Source of the DNA: Macrostomum lignano | Lineage: Eukaryota | Length of the DNA stretch: 27,976 bases | Reading direction: 5' to 3' | Assembly: GCA_002269645.1 (NCBI GenBank) | Contig: NIVC01002035.1 | Span: 1-27,976 of the forward strand | In this document: one piece after another, positions 10,401 to 20,200 of the stretch | How positions within the stretch are numbered: position 1 is the stretch's first letter | Layout of the letters: the number at the start of each line of letters is the position of its first letter | Notes under the pieces: model-generated | What the model was told of the DNA's origin: nothing | Seen by the model: the letters and a program-made list of their open reading frames with translations, nothing else | The model's database searches: none | Made by a program: the position numbers and the translations under genes

Positions 10401-12387
10401 CCTATAAACCAAAATCACAAAATTTCTTTGAAGAGCAAAGTGTAAAATGAAATTTAAATTCATTTTTATTATGTCCGAAATCTCAAAAAACTCTCTCTCA
10501 GTACTGGACTGGAGTACTGGACAAATCGTCTACCAAAACTCGAGTATAAAGACGATAGCTTGTGAGCAGCAAAGCAGCGGAAATGTACATTACGTCTGCA
10601 GTAGCTGGGCAAAATAGAACAGCCAATGAGTGCCAATAGAACTTGAGAATATATGGGCCCTGTTTTAACTGCCCAGCTCCACGTCCCAAAGATAATCAAT
10701 CATACAGCAAATTATCCACAACAGAGTCAGGTACACATCTGCTCACACACTGCCAATTATCCACAACAGTCAGGTACAGATCTGCTCACACACTGCCAAT
10801 TATCCACAACAGTCAGGTACACATCTGCTCACACACTGCCAATTATCCACAACAGTCAGGTACAGATCTGCTCACACACTGCCAATTATCCACAACAGTC
10901 AGGTACAGATCTGCTCACACACTGCCAATTATTCACAACAGTCAGGTACACATCTGCTCACACACTGCCAATTATCCACAACAGTCAGGTACAGATCTGC
11001 TCACACACTGCCAATTATCCACAACAGTCAGGTACAGATCTGCTCACACACTGCCAATTATTCACAACAGTCAGGTACACATCTGCTCACACACTGCCAA
11101 TTATCCACAACAGTCAGGTACAGATCTGCTCACACACTGCCAATTATTCACAACAGTCAGGTACAGATCTGCTCACACACTGCCAATTATCCACAACAGT
11201 CAGGTACACATCTGCTCACACACTGCCAATTATCCACAACAGAGTCAGGTACACATCTGCTCACACACTGCCAATTATCCACAACAGAGTCAGGTACACA
11301 TCTGCTCACACACTGCCAATTATCCATGAACAGAATCAAGGACACGGACCTGCTCAAGCACATCATCGTCCATCCACTCGATGGCGTCCAGCAGTTTCTG
11401 CGGATGCACCTCTGGAGCGTAGACCGCCTCCTCCACAACGCGGCGGTCACAGTTGGCGTAAGCGGTGGACACGTGCACGAGAGCCTCCAGGTGGGGCATT
11501 CGCTCGCACAGCTCAGCCACCTTCTTTGGCCCCTCAAGGTTCATCTGCACTGCGATCTTCAGGTGTTCGTCAAACCTGACGGTTGCGGCGCTGTGGAAGA
11601 CAATGCTCACATTGCGAATGAGAAGCTCAATGTCTTTTTGACTGAGGCCCAGGTTCGGCTCATATAGGTCGCCCTGTGGATAAAAACACATTACGAGCAT
11701 AGAAAATATGATTTGAGAAATGTGGCAGAGGTTCCTGCCAAATTTTCTTTGATGCAACAGTGGACACAAGTAGCGCAGAGGTAGCGCCTGACTTTCGCAC
11801 CAGAACCCCTGGGCTCAACTCTATGCGCGGCAAGATCCATGAGGGCCAGCCTTAAAGACAGTGCGATGTCCTGAGCGAGTATGTGCCTGCATACATATCC
11901 GTGTGTACCAGGTGTCTGTCAGTGAAGTGTCCTTAACCCTGCGTGCCTCCACCCTGATTTGCAAATCGACTGCCGCCTTGAAATTTTGGCAATGCCCAGA
12001 GCCCCTGCTACTACTGTAACTTATTACTAAACAAACAATAATGCAACGAATTCACTCCGCTGAAACACTGAAGCTCACCTGCAGAGGAGAAATCTGAGAC
12101 CGGAAGTCTGGTCGGTCCTGGCGAAGCCGGTCGAACAGCCTGCTAGCAAGCAACGAGTCCAGACGGGCCCCAATTGACTCGCCACGCTTGGGTCGCATGA
12201 GGGCGAAGATGTGGCCGATCTGTGGACAGGACCACAGCAGCTTCTCCAGCAGCACCTTGCCCAGAAAGCCAGTGATGCCCGTGATCAGCACATTCTTGCC
12301 TGCATAGAACTCGCTGATTGACTGAAAGCTGGGCTGCCCTGCCAGCTCGTTCTTTTCTGAAGACTCAGTTGCTAAATTTAAGCTCAT
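7452..12387 (-). CDS. FAR: Fatty acyl-CoA reductase (FAR1/2-like, NAD_binding_4 + Sterile domain), six exons, about 532 aa if one missing base is restored
   Basis: Exons on the minus strand: 12387-12079, 11673-11350, 10273-9724, 8276-8147, 8068-7941, 7608-7452. All introns are GT-AG and phase-compatible, except that exon 3 (550 nt) is one base short. Motifs: ITGITGFLGK (Rossmann fold), HSAATVRFD, HVSTAY, PNTYTFTK (YxxxK), RPSIV, GWVDN, DIIPVD, LDYFTSREW, VDWRLYLERYCTGVKQY, and a hydrophobic C-terminal segment MWNVLLCVLVWRF. Confidence 0.95.
7662..7915. repeat. GT-rich tandem repeats in FAR intron 5: 21-bp unit about x3 (7662-7719) and 50-bp unit x2.6 (7786-7915)
   Basis: tgggtag[g/a]tgtggggtcggc copies; gtagttggagctgagcatgcattag starts at 7791, 7841 and 7891. 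Confidence 0.9.
8824..9592. repeat. 40/41-bp minisatellite (CCCACTGAGCGTA[A]TTCTGCTGATGCTGTTCCCATAGCATT) x19 in FAR intron 3
   Basis: 19 unit starts from 8824 to 9547. There is a +/-A length polymorphism and one 34-bp deleted copy (8865). The long repetitive ORFs 8668-9601 are by-products of the array. Confidence 0.97.
10710..11326. repeat. 43/45-bp minisatellite (AATTAT[C/T]CACAACAG[AG]TCAGGTACA[C/G]ATCTGCTCACACACTGCC) x14 in FAR intron 2
   Basis: Period is 43 bp, with 45-bp variants in the first and the last two copies. Confidence 0.97.
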
Positions 12388-14151
12388 TGCCAGCTGCTGC
12401 TTGCAGGGCAAAGCCTTGTACTAGCATGAAAACCCATTTTTTACTTTATTCAAAACAATATGATATTTATTTTGGCCCTATTCTATGCCAACAGTCCATT
12501 ACTAATTGACTATTTTTTAAACTAAACTTGTATTAAAATTAACAAACAAACTGCTACTCTGGTTAACACATTTCTTAATAAAAGAGATTATAGTCAGATA
12601 TTTCTAGCAAAAATATTTCAAAAATATGTTTATTGAAATTCTTATTTTTTGGTCATTTTAAAATAAACTAACATAAGTCATAGGTCATAGGAAAAATTAC
12701 TAAAAATAAAAATACTAAATTTTACTACATTTTCTTTTTTATATTTGTTATCACAATTCTAAATTTATTACTGAAGTCTATTTATATTTGCTTTTTTAGT
12801 GAGTTAAACTAACAAGCTAAACTTACATAAGTCAAGTCTAAGACTAGCATTAATATATAATTTTATTTCCAATTTCAAAATCTGAAAATACTGACAAAAT
12901 TTAAGATTCTAGGCCTAATCCTAACTAATTCAAAGATTAATTGGCAATTTTATATGACCATATATAATTAAACAATAAAATGTGGAATAGTAATTCTATT
13001 CTTGCCTAATCTCAAACAAACCCTTTAATACTTAGGACTAAAAATATTTTATAACAATATTTATTATTGTCTTGCTCAACAAACTAAATTTGATAATTAC
13101 ATTATATTATCACTACTAAACAAAAAAGCTTGTTTTATGCATGTCATTGACATTGCCAATATTAGTCAAGGGAACACATATGAAACTTGTTAATGTTAAT
13201 ATCAACTTCTTATAACAGACTTAAAATTTAAGTTATTTAAGTGGAATAAAGTGAAACTGAATTCATTAGAAATTGAATTACAGAATACAGTTGATCAAGT
13301 TCATTAACAAACAAATATTTAAAAAAATTCTATCAGCACTTAGCACTCCAATTATCAGTAATCAATAAGCCCAGAGCCTAGACTAGTTTCTCATTTATAA
13401 TTACCTTTAAGGCAGCTAAATTAGGCCTAGACTAATGACAAGTGAACTGACCGAAATAGTCATAATAGTCATAGTCGACTAAAACGTGTCCATGACCTCC
13501 TGGGATGACAGAGTAGTACATGCTAGTTACAAAATCTTACTCGGGTACTAGCTAGTTGAGGCATGGTTGGGGTACTCGAAATAGCCATGCTAGTAGCAGC
13601 AGCAGGCAGGAGCAGCAGCAGCATGCACAGGCAACCCACTGCCCACGGCCACACCGAGTCTCTGAGCCAGTCCGAGGAGCCACTGGGCCTCAGGGACTCT
13701 AAAATATAAAAATTTAGAAAGTGATACTGATACTCCTCTGTATAAAAAAATTAGATTATATTTCAAACTGATATTTAAAAGGTGAAATTTCTACTTGCAT
13801 TTTCTTTTAATCACTTCAACTGTTGTGTCTTAGGTATAACATTTATTTACTTTTGTTTTAGCTTTACCTTTCCGTTTCTTTAATAAAATTAAAAACACAG
13901 TCGTCATTGAAATTTCGTATAGGTTGAATTCTAAGTTCTGAAAGTATGGCAAAAAAGTTGGCAGTTCTATTCGAATAAGCAAGCACACTGTTCTCAATAT
14001 CAACAACAGAAATTTGACCTATTGACACTATATCCCTCATATCCATGAAACGTTTCTCTTTAATAATACTAAACAGAAATAACTACATGTATAATCATCA
14101 AAAGTATACGAGCGTATATATAATAATGAAACCTGTTGAAAGTTGTTCTTC

Positions 14152-14549
14152 GGGGCCGCGGCCTAGTGGATCCAACACGGTGCTATTGTGTGCCAGTGGC
14201 CCAGGCTCTCGATCGATTCCAAGCGCAGTCACATTAATTAAGGCTAAATTGGTCTGCTCTTGTGCCTTTTTGATCAGGGACATGCAACCCCCCCCCCCAG
14301 CTGGCACAGTCAAATGTGTTCATCATGCCTACGATAAAGTTAGGGCCGTTGTACACATATGTGTGAGTGAGTGCCTGTGCGTAGGACATGCGTACATATC
14401 CCCTAGCTTGTGCATGTGCCTTCTCGGGGAAGTCGTTGGAATGCATGGGCAGAATGACCCTGTCATATATTGTTCCTAATGTACATATGTTGCTAATTGT
14501 GTGCGCCAAGGGTCACACAGGTCACTGCGTCTATTAAAATCGCTAAATG
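14152..14549 (+). mobile_element. tRNA-derived SINE (about 400 bp) with 11-bp target-site duplication
   Basis: It starts GGGGCCG, with A-box-like CGGCCTAGTGG (14159-14169) and B-box-like GATCGATTCC (14211-14220). Flanking direct repeats are agttgttcttc (14141-14151) and aggtgttcttc (14550-14560), one mismatch. Confidence 0.65.
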
Positions 14550-14673
14550 AGGTGTTCTTCTATGTTTTTGTCAATAGTTTTTTACGTATTTACAATTATA
14601 GTACTTTGATCTGTCCTAAAATTATATGCGTCGCAGTAAACCAGCTCGATTGAAATTTGCAGCTGCAGCTGTG

Positions 14674-15285
14674 TACGAGGGGCACTAGATACGAGCTAAG
14701 AAGTTTTTTGCTGCGGCCGACCTGTAACAGCTAGCAAGATAAAACTTTCAGAGCTTTTCAAAGTATTCTCCATCAGCTTGGATGCACCGCCTCATCCGCT
14801 CAAACTAACTTGCAAAGCAGTGGCGCCACTCTGAGTGGGATACCCCCATGGAGAATATTCTTTCCTCCATGGAAACCCCCTCAACGGCTGATCTTATAGG
14901 CATCAAAAGCTTCTTCGGCGGACTAAAATCGGCACCCTCGCATGGAGTTCCTTAATGGATGGAAGCAGAAAAAAGTCACACGGTGCCAGGTCAGGAGAAT
15001 ACGGTGTGGGATGACTGAGCTGCTGCCGCGAGTTCAATTCGCCGTGTGCGCACTGGCGTTGTCCTGGTGCAGCCAGAGACCCCGAACGCTGCACTTTGGC
15101 CTCGCTTCTTCAAGGCTGCTGATGACACGCGGCAGGCAGACAGTGCAGTACCGATCTGCCGTCACCCGTACTTGATTCCAATTCATATAAATATAGGTTT
15201 TAAACGTATTACGCAACTAGCAATCAGCACCCCCGTTGGGAGCCAACAATCAATGGAATACAATTTTTTTAATAAACTACTCGTA
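14674..15285 (-). mobile_element. Internally deleted, degenerate mariner (D,D34D) DNA transposon
   Basis: Minus-strand fragments: VTADRYCTVCLPRV, LWLHQDNASAHTA (D2), HPTPYSPDLAPCDFFLLP (D3), RGCRF*SAEEA, WRHCFAS*FERMRRCIQADGEYFEKL*. Both ends read TA-CGAG inward (TA at 14674-14675 and 15284-15285). The HTH and D1 part is missing; stops and frameshifts are present. Confidence 0.88.
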
Positions 15286-15332
15286 CATGTAGCTTCTCCC
15301 TGCAATAACCTCGTCAATTCCTCTTGTAAGAA

Positions 15333-15757
15333 TTGACATCTCGGCAAATTCCCCCGTAAGCCTTGACAGCTCAGCTATACCCCCTCCCCGTGAGCCTTGA
15401 CAGCTCAGCTATACCCCCTCCCCGTGAGCCTTGACAGCTCAGCTATACCCCCTCCCCGTGAGCCTTGACAGCTCAGCTATACCCCCTCCCCCGTGAGCCT
15501 TGACAGCTCAGCTATACCCCTCCCCCGTGAGCCTTGACAGCTCAGCTATACTCCCTCCCCCGTGAGCCTTGACAGCTCAGCTATACTCCCTCCCCCGTGA
15601 GCCTTGACAGCTCAGCTATACTCCCTCCCCCGTGAGCCTTGACAGCTCAGCTATACCCCCTCCCCCGTGAGCCTTGACAGCTCAGCTATACTCCCTCCCC
15701 CGTGAGCCTTGACAGCTCAGCTATACCCCCATAAGCCTTGAAATCTCGACAATTTCC
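15333..15757. repeat. 34/35-bp minisatellite (GCCTTGACAGCTCAGCTATAC[C/T]CCCTCCCC[C]GTGA) x11 with degenerate edge copies
   Basis: ccttgacagc occurs at 15361, 15395, 15429, 15463, 15498, 15532, 15567, 15602, 15637, 15672 and 15707. Divergent flanking copies are ttgacatctcggcaaattcc and ttgaaatctcgacaatttcc. Confidence 0.95.
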
Positions 15758-17293
15758 AGCAAAATTCAACTTTAGTTAAACATAGCCATCTCAAGCACAT
15801 AAATTAATCTATAAAATAGCCAAGTCAAGTGCAAACGCCAATTTAAGTGCAAATTCGCCAATCAGAACACCTCTCAATATTTACCTCACTGCTGCGCGTA
15901 ATGACGACGATGGATATACCGAAGGCCAAACCAAGTGCGGTACCGTAAATATGCAATCAAGAGTGTATTCATGCTAAAAATATTAATTAAATGCATGTGA
16001 CGTGCACATACGAGCTACATACACGTGAGTGCATGCAGCTCATACAAATAGCATGTAGGCCGAGCAATATCTCGTAGTGTAGGTGTACCGTACATGTATA
16101 GTGAGCCGTGCCACCCCAACCAAGCATGCTGTACATGTACATGTAAGTCTCTGTTACAAGGCTGCATGCAATTAGAAGTCAAAATACAGCGCTGCCTTAA
16201 GTAAGTAAGCTGACTCTCATCATATGAATAGATTAATATTAAACGCATGTATATTAGAAAGCCTCTTGCGTGTTGCGGCATTCACATCCATTTCATGAAT
16301 AATTAAAAATCATCGGAGTTATACTTATCTGTGTTTCCTCTCATCGGAAGGTGGCCCGAAGGGACGAACTTAAGTCTGCACGCACAATTCTGCAGATCGG
16401 ATGAAACTCCCAGAAAGATACTTGCGTTTTCGCATGACTTCCCCACTCAGGATGAAAGCTACATGGTAGAAAACTCGTGACTGGACTGCATCGCCATAGC
16501 AGCCATGCAGTAAACAGCCAGTAGAACAGCACCTACATGTACTCATGTACATGTAGTAAACGACAGCTGAGATCCCAGAGCCGCTATTTCGGGTTGCAGC
16601 AAGTAAGAGCACTTTATTACGCGTATGCCCAAATTATCCATTACTGCCGACTGAACAAAGGCGGAGAAGATTATTCAACTATTGGAATGTTTATTTCGAC
16701 AAGCCCTCACTGGTAAGCAATAAGTTAAATATTTTGCATCAAAACACACAGTGTAGTCCATTGCTGTTTTTATGAAGGTAATTGCTGTCGAAAACAAATG
16801 GAAGTCAATAAATTAGAACTGGAATTAGATGCACACTCGGAAGACAAAATACGCATATGCACTGCACAGACAAAATAGAACTTCATGAAAAGATATTTTC
16901 ATCGCAAGATGCGATTTTGGCAGGAGCCAGACACACCAAGCAGAGAAAAGTCCTTAAATGGAATACAGACGCTGAGGGCCGAGCTCGCATATACGAATAG
17001 TCAGGGCTGCAATAGTTAGTGACAATTGGACTGACCTCCCTCCAAGTGCACATTTCTGTCTGGCGGCTAGAAAAAGATGAATAAATGGGGTGGCGAGCTG
17101 CATGAACAGCAGAGCTCGAGAGAATTTTTTACTGCCTTACCAAGTTGAGAAGTCCAACAACAGGTGTTGTTTACAAGTGTGCATCAGGTGGATATTCACT
17201 AGAGCGCTTCATAGCAATCTCTTTGCGAACTCTGGCGACTCTTTCAGACTCCGGAAGGGAACCGTTAAACAGCCGTCGCCGCTGTTGCAGACA

Positions 17294-20200
17294 ATGTCCG
17301 GCCCCTGCAGGTCAACGCCACCCACCAGACAGCCGAGGGCGCAGGCAAAGCCGCCTCCACTCCCCCAACGTAGCAACAGCGGCCGCGGCAGCGGCGGAGG
17401 CACTCGTGGAGTTACTCGTCAGCTGAGCGTGCAGCTCGCCCGGGGTGGAGGCCCCTTCCGCCGGACCCACTGCACGCTTCGCGAGGCTGCTGACGACAGC
17501 CAGGGCGGCTTCTTGGCTCTCCGAGTCATCCGCGAGCTCGCCAACTCAGCAGCAGTGTCGGCAGCATGCGCCTCTGACCGAGACTCCGGCTTTGCCACCG
17601 TCAACGAGGAATCCGGCGGCGTCTACGAGAGCCTCAGCAGCTCATCGTGTGATGCTGACGCAAGCAGCCTCGCAGAGGATAATGTCGTTGCGGCGACAGA
17701 AGGAATTTCGCGGCGGATTTTGCGACGTGGCAGCATGTGCGCCGCCCTCGGCAGTCGGCAATCCGCGATTGCAGGCGGATCAGAAGAAACTGCGGCCCGG
17801 CGCTGCCAGCGCCGGCCGTCTGTGCCGGACGGCATGGGCAGCCTTGCCAGGTCTGTGCGAGGGCCGATGGGGAACCTCTGGGATGGAAGGCCGGGATAGG
17901 AAGTCGGGCAGAGTGATTACGAACGGAAGCCTTCTCTGGGGAAGCGAGATAATATTTAAACTTCCTATCGCTTAAATTGTGGCAAGGAACCTGAAAAACT
18001 TCCCACGTCGGTCAAGGGGCTCACGTGAAAATTCCGGGATTCCAAGGTGGTCTCCATGGGAAATAAAACTGCGAGCTATATGGAAATCCAAAAGACGTGC
18101 GGCTTTCCATAAAACGAATAACTAGGTCAGCCCGGTCCTTTGACTGGCTATATTTTTACCCCTGACAATTGAAAGCTGTAAAAATGGCACATTTTCTAGA
18201 ATAAACTTGACTGGCGGTTTTGGCTCTCTGGACAGTGTATAATAAACCGTATATTTATGCACCAGGCAGACTTCGGTAATCATAAATTCAGTATTCACTT
18301 TGCTCGATTCTTGTGCGTAAGTTTCACATTTCAATGTTCTTCGAAGGCTTTACTTTCGGAATGCTTATCCAAAGACACTACGAGTGTATAAAAAAGTTTA
18401 GCGACGAAAAAATGCATAAAATTATTGAAGTGAACAGAGTACGCTCGTAACAGACAAGCCTTGCTCAAGAAATTGAAGAGATTGTACTGTTTATTTCTTG
18501 ACATTCAACTTTGTTTAAAACAATAATCTGTGCATCCATAATGCATATCCTTAACCATATTGCTTCTGCGCAACCTGATGCAGCAATTCGCCGACAAGGC
18601 GGCCGACTGGGCTACACAGCATGGCCTAAAAATCAGCGTCACTAAGACTGTCGCTGTCGTTTTCACCAAGCGCCGTAAGTGGGAGATGAAAAACCTCACT
18701 GTCTATGGCAGAAACATCCCCTTCAAGAAGGAGGTCAAATACCTCGGTGTGACGCTAACGCATGACCTGCGCTGGACGAAGCACCTTGATAACGTCATCG
18801 GTCGGGCAAAACGCTGCTTTGCCCAGCTGCGCAGAGCCATCGGGCCGACTTGGGGCCTCTCGCCTAGAACGGTCCGTTGGATTTATACCGGCATCATCCG
18901 GCCCAGTATCACATACGCGAGTCTCATCTGGACTAGCGTGCTGGAGCAGAAGGCCGCCCGTCAGCGGCTGTACCAGCTTCAGGGCAGCATTTGCCGTGCC
19001 ATCACAGGTGCGTACCCGTCCACCCCTTACGAGGGGCTGAACACTATCCTTAACCTACCTCCGCTTCACCTATTTATTAGGGCGGAGGCTATGAAGTCTG
19101 CCTCCCGGCTTATCAGAGATAAAACGTTAAATAACGCGCCCTCTGGCTTTATGCCAATGAAAACATTAATCCCGCATATGGACTTTGTCCGCCGCGACCT
19201 TAACAACATCCACATGGACCTGGGCAATGTGGATAGTCGACCTCCCGCCCTCAACATCAGGAGGGGCTTCAAGACCGCCATCCCTGGCCGAGACAACATT
19301 CCGCTGGATGTCGGTGTGAACCGGCGCAGCCAGGGCATTCACTGCTTCACCGACGGCTCGCTGTTCAACGGCCGCGCTGGAGCGGGTATTGCCATTTTCC
19401 ACGAGGGTAAGATGCTTCTCCAGGAAAGTCTGCACCTCGGTGAGAACACCTCAGTTTTCCAAGCTGAAATTTGCGCCATTGAGCAGTGTGCCCAGCAACT
19501 GTTTCAGGCGAACATTAATAATTTTGACATTAATTTCTACACTGATAGCCAAGCTGCTATTAAGGCCTTAACCACTGAGAATATCTCCGCTGCTACAGTA
19601 TCTCAATGCCACCGCAGTGTGCAATCTCTCTCAGTCCTTAACAGGATTAGAATTATCTGGACACCTGGTCACAGCAACATCCTGGGCAACGAGCTCGCGG
19701 ACTCTCTCGCCAAGGAGGGCAGCAACCCAGACGGCAACCACCGTCTGATGAGGCTACCCACCCCCAGGTCGCAAGTCACCCGCCATATCAACAGGTGGCT
19801 CCATCAGCAGCACCAGCTCCACTGGAACAGCTGCACCGAGTACAGGCAGAGCCGCTCTGCCATGCCTAACCTGAACAGGAAAGTCTCTGATTATCTGATT
19901 TCGCTTAACAGAACCGACCTCAGGGAGATGTGCATGGTCCTAACCGGCCACGGATTCTTCCAGAGACATATATCGTTGCAAACCGGTTGCCCTCCCACCT
20001 GTCCCTTCTGTGGCATAGGAGAGGAGACCGCGGAGCATCACGTCACCTTCTGCCCTTACTTCAACAAGGCGCGGCACAAATACCTCGGCCACCCCCAGCG
20101 GATGGACGAGCTGACCACCGCGGACAATATCCGAGACCTCCGCGCCTTCGTCCGGGACTCCGGCCGGATGAGGGTCGCCGATGCCTCCACTGCGGACCTG

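Noticed and set aside
8668-11579. Long repetitive ORFs (8668-9601, 10643-11579) read as nested genes
   Set aside because: They cycle through all three frames of 40-43-bp units and lie in FAR introns; they are artefacts of tandem repetition.
11933-11940. TTAACCCT read as a piggyBac end in FAR intron 1
   Set aside because: There is no partner inverted end in the window and it is 10 kb from the transposase.
15361-15720. TTGACA...TATACT in each unit read as a sigma70 promoter (superficially like synthetic J23-series promoters)
   Set aside because: The spacer is 7 bp rather than about 17 bp and the context is eukaryotic; coincidence.
15990-16560. TACATGTA/TGCATGCA palindrome clusters
   Set aside because: Low-complexity self-complementary motifs with no larger structure or defined ends.
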